DNA from: Kofleriaceae bacterium | Lineage (GTDB): Bacteria > Myxococcota_A > Polyangia > Haliangiales > Haliangiaceae | Reading direction: 5' to 3' | Length of the DNA stretch: 64,000 bases | Assembly: GCA_965215005.1 (NCBI GenBank) | Contig: CBDCCZ010000014.1 | Coordinates: forward strand, 64,001 to 128,000 | In this document: one piece after another, positions 25,758 to 37,991 of the stretch | How the letters are laid out: each line of letters begins with the position of its first letter | Position numbering within the stretch: the stretch's first letter is position 1 | The notes under the pieces: generated by a model | What the model saw: the letters and a program-made list of their open reading frames with translations, nothing else | What the model was told of the DNA's origin: nothing | Database searches by the model: none | Made by a program: the position numbers and the translations under genes

Positions 25758-26519
25758 CTACGCTCCCTTGGCGCGGCCGGCTCCACTCGAGGACGCGGCA
25801 AGCGAGATGAAGACGTCTTCGAAGTCAGCGGTGGCAGCAAGTCCGGCCTGCTCGCGAAGCGCGGCAGCACTGCCATCGCCGACTAGACGACCCGCGGCGA
25901 TGACAACGACCCGCGCCGCGATGCGCTCGATCTCGGTGAGTTGGTGCGATGACAGCAACACGGTGTGGCGCTCGCTCAGCGCTGCCAACGTATCGCGAAG
26001 CGATCGAACCTGCACCGGATCGAGTCCGGCGAGCGGCTCGTCGAGAATGAGCAGCGGCGGTCGGCCGAGCAGCGCCGCCGCCAGGCCGACGCGCTGGCGG
26101 TATCCCTTGGACAGATGGCCGATGATCCGGCGCAGCTGATCGACGACGCCGGCCGCCAACGCCGCCTCTTCGAGGACTGCCCCGAGCGCGCTGCGCGGCA
26201 CCTGCCGTAGCCGGGCGCGAAACCGCAGGTACTCGGCCACTCGCATCTCGGGATAGAGGGGCGCAGACTCCGGGAGATACCCGAGTTGTGCGCGCGCCGC
26301 CACAGGTTCCTCGGCGACATCGTGATTGGCGATCTCGACGCGCCCGGCGTCAGCAGCGAGGAACCCGCTGAGGATGCGCAGGGTGGTGGTCTTGCCTGCT
26401 CCATTGGGGCCAACGACGCCGACGAGCCCGCCGCGCTCGACGTTCAAGTCGAGTCGATCGACGGCCAGCGTGTGGCCGAAGCGCTTGGTCACTCCCTGTA
26501 GCCGAATCAACGCCGGCAA
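25758..26519 (-). CDS. ABC transporter ATP-binding protein (GldA-like)
   Basis: GPNGAGKTT, LSKGYRQRVGLA, LILDEP. Confidence 0.93.
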   Translation of the reverse strand: MPALIRLQGVTKRFGHTLAVDRLDLNVERGGLVGVVGPNGAGKTTTLRILSGFLAADAGRVEIANHDVAEEPVAARAQLGYLPESAPLYPEMRVAEYLRFRARLRQVPRSALGAVLEEAALAAGVVDQLRRIIGHLSKGYRQRVGLAAALLGRPPLLILDEPLAGLDPVQVRSLRDTLAALSERHTVLLSSHQLTEIERIAARVVVIAAGRLVGDGSAAALREQAGLAATADFEDVFISLAASSSGAGRAKGA

Positions 26520-26590
26520 GTGTAGTACGGCTTTTGCCGACTCACGCCGCGGCGGTCACGCGACGGCGCCAGCGGCGGATCCTCTCGGTA

Positions 26591-28435
<1,845 letters not shown>

Positions 28436-28599
28436 GAACGAATCGCAAGCGATGAGCGACCATGATACTCACCCTGCGCTCGCCTGCGAAGGGTTGCTGT
28501 CGCTCCAGGCGTGGTTCACGTGGGAAGTCGTGAGCCGCTAGCAGCGCGACGAGCAATTGCGCCCGCCTAGGAGCGCCGCGTGGGACGAGCGGCACCCGC

Positions 28600-29916
28600 T
28601 CACTCGAGACCGCGGCGGCGCAGATCGTCTTCATCGAGCCCGGTCAGATGTCCGAGCTCGTGGGCCAAGGTGCGCCGAATCTGGGTGTCGAGCTCGGCGC
28701 GGGTGCGGACGGCACGTGCCAGGTTTTTTCGGTACAGGACGATCGTGCGCGGGAGAGCGGCCGCGCGCCGCGCCGATGCCCCCAATGGCAATCCCCGATA
28801 CAGGCCCAAGATGGTGGGCGCAAGCGGCGGATCGACAGCCAGGAGATCTTCCAGAGCAGGAACGTCGGCCAACTCGATACGAACCTGCTTGACCAGTGTA
28901 GCCAACTCGGGCTCGAGCTCCGCCACGGCGGCGTCGACCTCGGCGGCGAACTCCTCAGGCCGCAGCGTCACCGGCTCCCAAAACTCCTCTGGGCTCTCCT
29001 GCCGGGCACGGGCGAAGTGCACCGCAGCGTCGCTGTCCCGCCCCATGCGCTCATAGATCAACCCGAGCTGGTGATGAGCGTATGCATCGCTGGGGGCGCT
29101 TCCAAGAACGCCAGCGAATGCCACCAACGCCTCATCGAAGCGGCATAAGTGGAACAAGGCGACGCCGCGCTCGTGCTGCGCAGCAATCGCCTCAGGAGCT
29201 AGCTCCAGCGCTGCATCAACCTGATCGAGAGCTTCGTCGGGACGCCCGAGATCGTTGTATGCCTGCGCCTCGAGCAGCAGCAGCCGGGCGCGATTTGAGC
29301 GATTGGCGCGCCGCCGAGTGGCGGCGTGAGCGCGGCCGCGGCGGGCCAGCTCGAGGCCCACCATGGTGGTGTCGCGCTGCTTGGGCGGCAGGACGTTGAT
29401 GTAGAAGTCCGCCGCCGCCGCCAAGGTCTCCGGGTCATTGGGATCGAGCGCCAACGCCATGGTGAACGCGATCTGCGCAGCGTCGTAGCTGCCTCGCGCC
29501 GCTAAGGTGGCCGCGCGATAATGATGCGCCTCCACCGACTGCGGCCACAGATCTGCCGCCACGTCGGCGCACGCATACGCCGCGGCGAAGTTGCCTTCGT
29601 CGAACCGCGCCACCGTCTCGTCGAGCAAGGAGTCGACATCGCGTAGCGCCTCGCCGGTGAGCGAGCATGCTTCAAACGACGGCCGATGAGGATGGCTATC
29701 ATGCTCGTGACGCTCCAGGGGCCGCATCACCGCCGCTGCTTGCGGCCCTTCATTGCAAGGGCACAGAGAGCTCACACCGGCATCTTCCGGCGGTGCCGCT
29801 GGCGCCGATTGCCCCTTCGACTTGCAAGCGCCAACCGTCGCGACGAACGCGAGCGCCAACATCATATGGAACCGCAGGCGGCGCACCCGTGCCAGTGTAG
29901 CGCGAACCTTTCGCAT
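28600..29916 (-). CDS. TPR + zincin-like (Zincin_1) metallopeptidase lipoprotein
   Basis: Lipobox VGAC, TPR repeats, C-terminal ILGLYRG...TLAHELGH. Confidence 0.85.
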   Translation of the reverse strand: MRKVRATLARVRRLRFHMMLALAFVATVGACKSKGQSAPAAPPEDAGVSSLCPCNEGPQAAAVMRPLERHEHDSHPHRPSFEACSLTGEALRDVDSLLDETVARFDEGNFAAAYACADVAADLWPQSVEAHHYRAATLAARGSYDAAQIAFTMALALDPNDPETLAAAADFYINVLPPKQRDTTMVGLELARRGRAHAATRRRANRSNRARLLLLEAQAYNDLGRPDEALDQVDAALELAPEAIAAQHERGVALFHLCRFDEALVAFAGVLGSAPSDAYAHHQLGLIYERMGRDSDAAVHFARARQESPEEFWEPVTLRPEEFAAEVDAAVAELEPELATLVKQVRIELADVPALEDLLAVDPPLAPTILGLYRGLPLGASARRAAALPRTIVLYRKNLARAVRTRAELDTQIRRTLAHELGHLTGLDEDDLRRRGLE

Positions 29917-29956
29917 TCATACCCGCCGCCGCACAACCGCCGCCGCGCGTCGCACC

Positions 29957-32695
29957 TCAGTGCGCCTCAGCCCACGTCTCTCCGCTGCCAACGTCCACCA
30001 CCAGCGGCACCGCGAGCTCGAGGGCCGCCGCCATTTCGGCCTGCATGACCCGTCCGAGCTCCTCTGCCTGCGAGCGCTCTACCTCGAACACGAGCTCATC
30101 GTGGACGGTGAGCAGAATCTTGGCGTCGAGGTCGCCGCGCTCGAGCCGCCGGCTCGCCTTCAGCATCGCCAGCTTCATGATATCGGCCGCGCTGCCCTGC
30201 ATCGGCGTGTTCTGCGCGATGCGCTCGGCGGCGCGGCGGCGGCCATAGTTTTTGGCCGCTAGCTCGGGAATCGGCCGCTTGCGACCCAGCATCGTGGTCG
30301 CCACGCCATCCGCACGGGCACGCTCAACCAGCTCATCCATGAACGAACGCACGGTGACGAACCGCTCGAAGTAGCGGTCGATGTAGTGCTGCGCCTCGGA
30401 GCGCGGGATATCGAGGGCTCGAGCCAACCCAAACGGCGACTGCCCGTAAATCAACCCGTAGTTGACCGCCTTGGCGACGCGCCGCTCGGCCCCTCCAACC
30501 TCCTCCAGAGAAATCCCGAAGACCTCGGCCGCCGTCTGGGTATGCACGTCGACGCCGCGGCGAAACGCCGACGTCAGCACCGGATCTCCTGACAAGTGCG
30601 CCATGATGCGCAGCTCGATCTGCGAGTAGTCCAAGCTCACCAGCAGCCGGCCCTCAGCGGCGACGAACGCGCGGCGAATCTTGCGTCCCAGCTCGGTGCG
30701 AATGGGAATGTTCTGCAGGTTGGGATCCTGCGACGACAGGCGCCCCGTCGCCGCCACCGCCTGAGCGAACGTGGTGTGCAGCCGCCCCGTCCGCGGGTTG
30801 ACCAGCGGCGGCAACGCATCGATATAGGTGCCCTTGAGCTTGATTAGCTCGCGATGCTCGAGGATGGGCCGCACCACCTCGTGGTGCGAGGCCAAGCTCT
30901 CCAGCACCTCGTGGTCGGTGGAGTAGCCGGTCTTGGTCTTCTTCATCTTTTCGCTGGTGAGGCCGAGCTTATCGAACAGCAGCACGGCGAGCTGCTTCGG
31001 CGATCCCAGGTTGAGGGGCTCGCCGGCGAGCTCGAAGACGCGACTCTCGATGGCAGCAATCTCGCTGCCGAGCTGATCGGCGAGCCCGCGAAGATAGTCG
31101 ACGTCGATAGTGATGCCAGTGCGTTCGATGTCCGAGAGCACGACCGCCAGCGGCACCTCGAGCTCATCGTGCAGGTGCCGCACCTGGGCTCGCCCCATGC
31201 GCGCGGTGAGCTCGGCGTCGGCGCGGAGCACCGCGATGGCCGCCATGCCCGCATACTCGGCAGCACGCTCCACGGGCACCGCTTCAAAACCGATGGCGTT
31301 CTTGCCCTTGCCAAGCAGCTCGGCGCGCTTGGGCAGCGTGAGCCCGGTGGCGCTGGCCATTACCCGCTCGAAGGCGTAGGCATCGCGATTGGCATCGATG
31401 AGATATGTCTCGAGCATCGTGTCCCCCACCACCCCGCAAAGCTCGAGACCGGCATCTAGAAGCGCTTTCCGCGCAGTCTTGGCATCGTGCACGACTTTGG
31501 CGACGCTGGGATCGGCGAGCAGCAGCGCGAACGCCGCGGGCAGCGCCGACAGCTCGAGCTGCGCCGGCGCGCTGAGATACCGATGGCCGAGAGGCACGTA
31601 AACCGGCGGCTCATCGGCAAAGGCGAGCGCGATCCCGACGACGCGGGCGCGATCGTGACGACCGCCGTCGGTCTCGACCTGCAGCGCGACCCGCTTGGCC
31701 TGCCGAGCCGCGACCACGACTGCTTCGAGCTCGCTTGCATCGAGCACTACCCGAGCCGCCGGCACCTCGATGGCCGCGGGCGCGCGCACCTCTTGGGCGT
31801 CCTGACTCGGTGCCGCGGCGCCAGGATCGAGCCGCGCCAACAGCGCGTGGAACTCGAGCTCGTGAAACAACTTGGTGAGGCGCTCGCCGTCCCACGGCGT
31901 TGGCACCAGGGACTCCAACGTACACGGCAGCTCGACGTCGTCCCGGAGCTGCACGAGCTGCCTCGAGAGCTCGAGCTGCGCGCGCTGCTCGCTATCGCTG
32001 AAGCGCTCCTTCAGCTTCCCCTTGAGCGCTTCGACGTTGGCGAGAATTCCGTCGATGGATCCGAACTGCTCGAGGAGCTTGGTAGCGGTTACCTTGCCGA
32101 CTCCTGGCATGCCCGGGATGTTGTCGATCTTGTCACCGACCAGCGCGAGCCAGTCGCCCACCTGCGCCGGGCCGACACCGAATTTTTTTTCGACCTGAGC
32201 CGCGTCGTACTGAAGCTGCCGCATCGAGTCGACCTGCACGACGTGACCGTCGACGAGCTGCATCAGATCTTTGTCACCGGAGTAGAGCACCACGTCCCAC
32301 TCCTGCGCCCGCGCCTTCTTGACCATCGTCGCGATCACGTCGTCGGCCTCGACGCCAGGCACAGCGATGACTGGCCAGCAGAACGCTTCGGTGAGCTCGC
32401 GAAAATACGGCATCTGCACCCGCAGCTCTTCGGGCGTCTCGCGCCGGGTTGCTTTGTATTCACCATCGAGCTCATTGCGGAAGGTCTTGCCGGGAGCATC
32501 AAACACGACCGCGATGCGATCTGGCTTCTCGTCGAGGTAGAGCCGGATGAGCATCTGCGCATAGACGTACAGCGCTCCCGTCGGCATTCCTCCCGAGGTT
32601 GATAACCGCACCGCACGCCGATCGGCGCCACCCAGTAACGCAAAGTAGGCGCGGAAGATGTACCCGTAGCCATCGAGGATGTGGAGGCGCTCCAT
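29957..32695 (-). CDS. polA: DNA polymerase I
   Basis: 5'-3' exonuclease domain (LDGYGYIFRAY, EADD); motif A DYSQIELR, motif B KAVNYGLIYG, motif C VHDE. Confidence 0.98.
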   Translation of the reverse strand: MERLHILDGYGYIFRAYFALLGGADRRAVRLSTSGGMPTGALYVYAQMLIRLYLDEKPDRIAVVFDAPGKTFRNELDGEYKATRRETPEELRVQMPYFRELTEAFCWPVIAVPGVEADDVIATMVKKARAQEWDVVLYSGDKDLMQLVDGHVVQVDSMRQLQYDAAQVEKKFGVGPAQVGDWLALVGDKIDNIPGMPGVGKVTATKLLEQFGSIDGILANVEALKGKLKERFSDSEQRAQLELSRQLVQLRDDVELPCTLESLVPTPWDGERLTKLFHELEFHALLARLDPGAAAPSQDAQEVRAPAAIEVPAARVVLDASELEAVVVAARQAKRVALQVETDGGRHDRARVVGIALAFADEPPVYVPLGHRYLSAPAQLELSALPAAFALLLADPSVAKVVHDAKTARKALLDAGLELCGVVGDTMLETYLIDANRDAYAFERVMASATGLTLPKRAELLGKGKNAIGFEAVPVERAAEYAGMAAIAVLRADAELTARMGRAQVRHLHDELEVPLAVVLSDIERTGITIDVDYLRGLADQLGSEIAAIESRVFELAGEPLNLGSPKQLAVLLFDKLGLTSEKMKKTKTGYSTDHEVLESLASHHEVVRPILEHRELIKLKGTYIDALPPLVNPRTGRLHTTFAQAVAATGRLSSQDPNLQNIPIRTELGRKIRRAFVAAEGRLLVSLDYSQIELRIMAHLSGDPVLTSAFRRGVDVHTQTAAEVFGISLEEVGGAERRVAKAVNYGLIYGQSPFGLARALDIPRSEAQHYIDRYFERFVTVRSFMDELVERARADGVATTMLGRKRPIPELAAKNYGRRRAAERIAQNTPMQGSAADIMKLAMLKASRRLERGDLDAKILLTVHDELVFEVERSQAEELGRVMQAEMAAALELAVPLVVDVGSGETWAEAH

Positions 32696-32824
32696 GGGTC
32701 GCGAACGCTAGCACGAGGCTCTCCGCGCAAACGTCCTGCGGGAGCTGCCGCAGGGCGGTTGCAAGCGCGGGCAATTTTCGCGTCTCGGATCCCGCGGCGG
32801 CTCGCGAGCGTTATAGTGACGCTC

Positions 32825-34519
32825 ATGAGGGGTAAGGGAAGGCAACGTTGTGCCTTGAGCGCGCGCGTTGCGGCAATCGCTGCCGCCATGCTCGTGCTCT
32901 TGGGAGGCTGTAAAACGGAGAATGAGCGACGAAGGGAGGATTCGGCAGCATCGCGCCCAGACACCGTTGAGAGCGAACAAGGGCAGCGCGGCGGGCACTT
33001 GAAGCTGCCGTCGAACGAGCCGCGTTACCTCAACCCGGTGATCGAGACGCGCGCCGATCTTGCCAACACGCTCATTTTTGAAGGGCTGGTTGGGCTCGAT
33101 GCGCGCATGGAGCCGGTGCCACGGCTGGCGGAGTCGTGGGAGTGGTCCGGCGATGGCAAAACGCTCACGTTCCACCTCCGCAAGGACGTTCGGTGGCACG
33201 ATGGCAAGCCGTTCACCGCCAAGGACGTGGAGGCCACGTTCGCTGCGATCCGTTCGACTCAGGCGCAGACGCTGTGGAAGGCGTACATGAACCGCGTCGA
33301 ATCGGTGTCGAGCCCGGATCCGCATACGGTGGTGGTCACGTACAACGAGCCCTACGCCCCTGCTTTGGTGACGTGGACCGTTGGCATCATTCCCGCGCAT
33401 GTCTATGGCGAGGGCGCAGATGCTAGCGATTTGACCGCGTCGCCGGCGAATCGCCAGCCGACTGGCACCGGGCCCTACAAGCTCGGGCGCTGGGAGCTCG
33501 GCAAGCGCCTGATGCTCGAGGCCAATGACGACTGGTGGCACGGCCGCCCCAACATCGACTCGATCGAGCTGGTGATGGTCGACTCGGACGACGCGGCTAT
33601 CGAGAAGCTCACCAACGGCCAGCTCGACTTCGCCCGTATCGACTCGATCGAGGACTGGAGCAACACCGCCCAGCTTCCCGAGTTTCGCGAGCGCTTCGAG
33701 GTCTCGGATGTGCTCGAGGCGCGCTTCCGGCTGCTGGCCTGGAACACGCAAAAGAAACCGTTTGCGGATCCGCGCGTACGGCAGGCGCTCACGTATGCGC
33801 TCGATCGCGGGCGCGTGATCGAGGAGGTTCTGCTCGGGCAAGCGCGACCACTTTCGGCGCCGCTCTTTCCCACGATGCTCGGCGCCGACCCCAGCATCGC
33901 TCCGCAGCCGTATGACCCCGAGCGCGCCAAGGGCCTGCTCGAGGAAGCCGGTTATCCGGACCGAGACGGCAAGCGCTTTGCCGTCTCGATGATCGCACTC
34001 GACGCGCAGAGAGGTCCAATCGCGAATCAGACCATGGCCATCTTGCGCAGCAACCTCGACGCGGTCGGCGTTGCCCTGGCGGTGGACTATTTGCCCACCC
34101 GCGAGTTCTTTCGCCGCGTGTTGGCGCGGCAGTTCGATGCTGCCTACTTCGGCTGGTTGCCCGACATTCCCGATCCGGATCCGTACGCGCTGCTGCACTC
34201 GAGTCAAATCGGCTCCGGGTCGAACTATGCGGGCTATTCCGACGCGGAGGTCGACGACCTGTTGGAGAAGGCTCGCGGCACGTCGGATCGCGAAGCGCGC
34301 AAAGCGCTGTATCATCAGCTGCATCGCCGCCTGGCCGAGCAGGTGCCGTACACGATGCTCTACGCGCCCTACGGGCACTATGCGTGGAATCGCCGAGTGC
34401 GGGCGGTCAATCCCGCCGACGTCGGGCCGATGGCGCGCTTTCCCGGCATTGCCAGGTGGTGGATTCGCGGTGCCCGCTCCAGCCCGGTGACCGCGAAACC
34501 GGTGGTGCCCAAAGAGTGA
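32825..34519 (+). CDS. Peptide ABC transporter substrate-binding lipoprotein (family 5)
   Basis: Lipobox LGGC; FEGLV, WHDG, GTGPY, FADPRVRQAL. ATG 32825 is preceded by TATAGT. Confidence 0.92.
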   Translation: MRGKGRQRCALSARVAAIAAAMLVLLGGCKTENERRREDSAASRPDTVESEQGQRGGHLKLPSNEPRYLNPVIETRADLANTLIFEGLVGLDARMEPVPRLAESWEWSGDGKTLTFHLRKDVRWHDGKPFTAKDVEATFAAIRSTQAQTLWKAYMNRVESVSSPDPHTVVVTYNEPYAPALVTWTVGIIPAHVYGEGADASDLTASPANRQPTGTGPYKLGRWELGKRLMLEANDDWWHGRPNIDSIELVMVDSDDAAIEKLTNGQLDFARIDSIEDWSNTAQLPEFRERFEVSDVLEARFRLLAWNTQKKPFADPRVRQALTYALDRGRVIEEVLLGQARPLSAPLFPTMLGADPSIAPQPYDPERAKGLLEEAGYPDRDGKRFAVSMIALDAQRGPIANQTMAILRSNLDAVGVALAVDYLPTREFFRRVLARQFDAAYFGWLPDIPDPDPYALLHSSQIGSGSNYAGYSDAEVDDLLEKARGTSDREARKALYHQLHRRLAEQVPYTMLYAPYGHYAWNRRVRAVNPADVGPMARFPGIARWWIRGARSSPVTAKPVVPKE

Positions 34520-34601
34520 GAAGCGCTGCACCGGCCGCAGCGGATGCATCACGAGGATGCGCGCTGCGGCGGTTCTAGAGTCACTAGCCGCTTGTCTCAC
34601 G

Positions 34602-35303
34602 TCAGTTCCTGCGCCGAGTGCGGCGATGCTTGGCTGGTCCGACTCGGCTTTGCAAAAGCGCATCCCGAATCAGCTCATGCGCTGTGATTCCCAGCAGCTC
34701 GAGACACTGCTCGGTTTCTTCACTGCCGAGCTCGTCGTTGGCAAAGCGCAGGAACGCCCGCAGCTCTTGCACCACGCACGGAACGTCGGCAAGGGCGATC
34801 GGCATCCACTCAGGCAGCACATACAGTAGCGCCCATTCAAAAACGTCCCGTTCGATCTGATGCGGCTCGCAATGGCACCATCCGCCGATCTCGAGGAGCC
34901 GCTCGGTCCAGCACAGGTCATAACCGCGCTCGTCGAGCTCGCGATAGGCGCGCGAGCGACGGAACTGCGCTACGACGCGTTCACGATTCTTGACCGCGCG
35001 CGTGTTCCAGTAGCTCGCCATCGACGGCGAGCGCAGCCCGTGCGAGAGCGCCACCTCGCTCACCGGCCAGCGATCGTCGCGGTGATCGTTCCAGAGGAAG
35101 AGAGCCACGCCCAGTCCGGCGCCTGTGCAGTCGGCAAACGGGCATCTATGGCCTTCCACGCGCGAGTCACGCCGTAGATGCCGGGCCTGGAAGAAACGCT
35201 CACACTCGCGGCACCACAGCCAGCACTGCGCGGGATCCTCCCGGCTGGCGAGGCGCGCGGCCACTGATTCGAGTGGCTCCAGCTCCATCACGGTCGTATG
35301 CAT
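34602..35303 (-). CDS. Hypothetical protein with N-terminal CxxC...CxxxxC zinc-ribbon-like domain
   Basis: WLWCRECERFF...CPFADC; helical C-terminal domain. Confidence 0.7.
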   Translation of the reverse strand: MHTTVMELEPLESVAARLASREDPAQCWLWCRECERFFQARHLRRDSRVEGHRCPFADCTGAGLGVALFLWNDHRDDRWPVSEVALSHGLRSPSMASYWNTRAVKNRERVVAQFRRSRAYRELDERGYDLCWTERLLEIGGWCHCEPHQIERDVFEWALLYVLPEWMPIALADVPCVVQELRAFLRFANDELGSEETEQCLELLGITAHELIRDALLQSRVGPAKHRRTRRRN

Positions 35304-35684
35304 GACACCCCCGCAATTGCAGCCGCTGATCCAGCGCTAACCACCCGAATCTACGCGGCGTCCGTCCGCCTCAGCGGACACCCGGCCGGCTAACCGGACA
35401 CGAGCGGGTCATACTCCGGACGCCGTCCGGTTGCTTCTGCCGAACAAGGGTGAGCCTGACATGCCCCGCGGCCACTCGAACGTCACCGGGCATACCCGCA
35501 GCATTGCCGCCACCAGCCCGGCCCGCGATACGCCTCTCGGAGCTCAATCCAGCGAGCGGCTAGTATTGCATCTCACGTGACGGCACGCGGCCGTTCGCCA
35601 CGCGCAGAACCATTGTGACACGGGGTGAGCGGCAGGCTTGGCCCCCGCGAGCACGCGTGCACGCGGCTAGCCCATCAGATTAGC

Positions 35685-35700
35685 TGGCCCGTCGCTTGCT
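35685..35700 (+). promoter_or_regulatory. Sigma-54 promoter upstream of the kinase gene
   Basis: TGGCCCGTCGCTTGCT = GG-N10-GC, 17 nt before ATG 35718. Confidence 0.55.
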
Positions 35701-35717
35701 CTTCCAGCTGAGCAACC

Positions 35718-37169
35718 ATGCAGCTTGAAGTCGCCAGCAGCGAGTCCTTCTGCCCACAGTGCGGCACGGCGTCGGGGCGGTGCCAATGCGCTCCTTCCCG
35801 CGGCGGCACCCTCGACCGTTTTGGCACCGCGTTCGCCCCGCCGGCGCCGCGCGCAGAGGCTTCCGAGTTGCCGATTGGTCACGTCTTGGGGTCCTATCGA
35901 CTCACGGCTCGCCTCGGCGAGGGCGGAATGGGCGTGGTGTACGCGGCTGATCATTTGATGCTGCCGCGAACGGTCGCGATCAAAGTACTTCGCCCCGCGT
36001 ATCGCAGGAATCCGGAGGCCGTGGCCCGACTGCTTGCGGAGGCGCAAGCGGTCAACCTGATTTGCCACGACCACATTGTTGAGATCTATGACTTCGTCGC
36101 CGACCCCAGCGGCCCGAGCTATCTAGTGATGGAGCTGGTCGCCGGGGAGCCCCTTCTCGATGAGCTCGAGCGGGAGGTTTGCTTGCCGGTGCGGCGGGTC
36201 ATCGACATCGGCCGGCAGATTGCCGATGCAACCCGCGCGGTGCATGACGCCGGCATCGTTCACCGCGACCTCAAGCCAGAGAACGTGCTACTCGTGGCCG
36301 CGGACGAGGCGCCGGTATTCGTCAAGCTGCTCGACTTTGGCATCGCCAAGGTCGCGGAAGAAGGCCGGGCGCAGTCGCCCCTGCCCGAGTCCCTCCTGCC
36401 GACCACCCAGCACGGAATGGTCGTCGGCACGCCCGATTATATGGCTCCGGAGCAGGCGCGCGGCCACGCCGTCGATGCCCGCGCCGACATCTTCGCGCTC
36501 GGCGTGATGCTCTACGAGATGCTCACCGGAATGCGGCCCTTCCAAGGCGACAGCTTGCCGGAGCTCATGACAGCGATCGAGTGTCGGACGCCCATCGCGC
36601 CCTCGTACCTGCGGCGTGACGGGGACGAGATTCCACCGGAGCTCGAGACGTTGGTGTTGCGTTGCCTTGCGCCTGAGCCAGACGAGCGGCCGGCATCGAT
36701 GCACGAGGTCCATCGGATCTTGCAGAGTCTGATAGAACCGCCGACGCCCGCTCCCGAGCCACCCCTGATGCAGCGTGCCTTGACTCATCGCGCCGCGATG
36801 ATCGCCGGCGCGGTGGCGGTGTTGATTCTCACGGTCGGTTGGGGAGCGCATCGCCACAATGGGGTGCGCGAGGCGTCTGCGCTGGAAGCGCCGGCCGTGC
36901 AACCGCTAGCCGCAGCCGACGCCGTGCGGGCGACCCGTGAGCGGGCCCTCGCCGCACCGGCCGATGCTCGTCGCAATCCGGTGCCGGTGAGCAAGCGCCC
37001 GGTCATCGAAGCGCGCTCCACGTCGAGCCGTCGAACGCAGGCAAAGGCGAACCCGCAGGCCAAGGCGCAGGTGCCAGCCACGAGTCGCCAACCGGTTGCC
37101 AAGCGGAAACATCCGCCGCTTCGCCGCGAAGTTCTAAAAGATGCCGTGCTCGACCCCTTCAGCAAGTGA
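35718..37169 (+). CDS. Membrane Ser/Thr protein kinase
   Basis: LGEGGMG, VAIK, HRDLKPEN, DFG, GTPDYMAPE; one TM helix; ends in LDPFSK; N-terminal CPQC. Confidence 0.95.
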   Translation: MQLEVASSESFCPQCGTASGRCQCAPSRGGTLDRFGTAFAPPAPRAEASELPIGHVLGSYRLTARLGEGGMGVVYAADHLMLPRTVAIKVLRPAYRRNPEAVARLLAEAQAVNLICHDHIVEIYDFVADPSGPSYLVMELVAGEPLLDELEREVCLPVRRVIDIGRQIADATRAVHDAGIVHRDLKPENVLLVAADEAPVFVKLLDFGIAKVAEEGRAQSPLPESLLPTTQHGMVVGTPDYMAPEQARGHAVDARADIFALGVMLYEMLTGMRPFQGDSLPELMTAIECRTPIAPSYLRRDGDEIPPELETLVLRCLAPEPDERPASMHEVHRILQSLIEPPTPAPEPPLMQRALTHRAAMIAGAVAVLILTVGWGAHRHNGVREASALEAPAVQPLAAADAVRATRERALAAPADARRNPVPVSKRPVIEARSTSSRRTQAKANPQAKAQVPATSRQPVAKRKHPPLRREVLKDAVLDPFSK

Positions 37170-37394
37170 CGCCGGCATGCTCACCTCGCGCACCGAGGCA
37201 CCCCGCACGGTGCTTTCTTCCCGGCGTCGTGAGCCGTGACGCACCCGCCTCCGTCACGCTGATTGCGACCCCGCCTCGCTTGCACCGCCACGACCCCGAC
37301 GTCACCATCGCAAGCGTCCGTCATGTGAATGCGATCTCGCTCTCGCTTGCGGGCTAATCGTCTTCCTAAGCGTTTGCTTCTTATAATGTGAACC

Positions 37395-37991
37395 GTGCCG
37401 CGTCGGCTCTACCTCATGATCATGCTCACGATGCTCGGCCCCGTTGCCACCGCTCGCGGCGATACGGCCCCGCAATCGGAAGCCGCGCCCGCCGCGCCCG
37501 AGCCCGCCGCGCTCGAGCGCGCCAAAGAGCTCACCCGCCGCGGCGCAACCCATTACGCCCTGGGCCGATTTGCCGCCGCACGTGCCGATTATGCCGCCGC
37601 TTACGAGCTGGTTGCCGAGCCGGCGCTGCTATTCAACATTGGTCAATGCTATCGACAGCTCGGCGACCCGTCGCAAGCGCTGTTCTTCTATCGCGGCTAT
37701 CTCCGCGACGCCCCAGCCGCTGAGAACCGTGTGCTGGTAGAAGAATTGATCACCGAGACCGAGGCGGAGCTGCGCGCTGAGCGCGAGCGTTCGTTGGCGG
37801 TGACGCAGGATCCCGCGCCCCCACGCAGCGACCTGGTGACGCAATCGCCGGCGCGCCCGTTCTATCGCCAGTGGTGGTTTTGGGGCGCCACAGCCGCCGT
37901 TGCGACCGCCACCGCGATCGTGGTGGTGGCTCTCAGCGACTCCACTGAGACCCTGCCAACGGGCTCTTTGGGCACGGTCGATTACCGATGA
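37395..37991 (+). CDS. Secreted TPR protein
   Basis: Signal peptide, TPR (LLFNIGQCYRQLG), PFYRQWWFWG plus a hydrophobic segment. Confidence 0.85.
   Translation: MPRRLYLMIMLTMLGPVATARGDTAPQSEAAPAAPEPAALERAKELTRRGATHYALGRFAAARADYAAAYELVAEPALLFNIGQCYRQLGDPSQALFFYRGYLRDAPAAENRVLVEELITETEAELRAERERSLAVTQDPAPPRSDLVTQSPARPFYRQWWFWGATAAVATATAIVVVALSDSTETLPTGSLGTVDYR

Noticed and set aside
21938..26519. Gld-like ABC genes as evidence of Bacteroidetes-type gliding
   Set aside because: GldA/F/G + DUF4340 modules are widespread outside gliding Bacteroidetes, and no other gld or spr genes are present.
32708..34663. 651-aa minus-strand ORF
   Set aside because: Antisense shadow of the peptide-binding protein gene, as expected from high-GC codon bias.
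35304..35717. tRNA, riboswitch or ncRNA in the larger intergenic gaps
   Set aside because: No cloverleaf or riboswitch consensus was recognisable by eye here or in the other gaps; an Rfam scan would be needed to exclude them.
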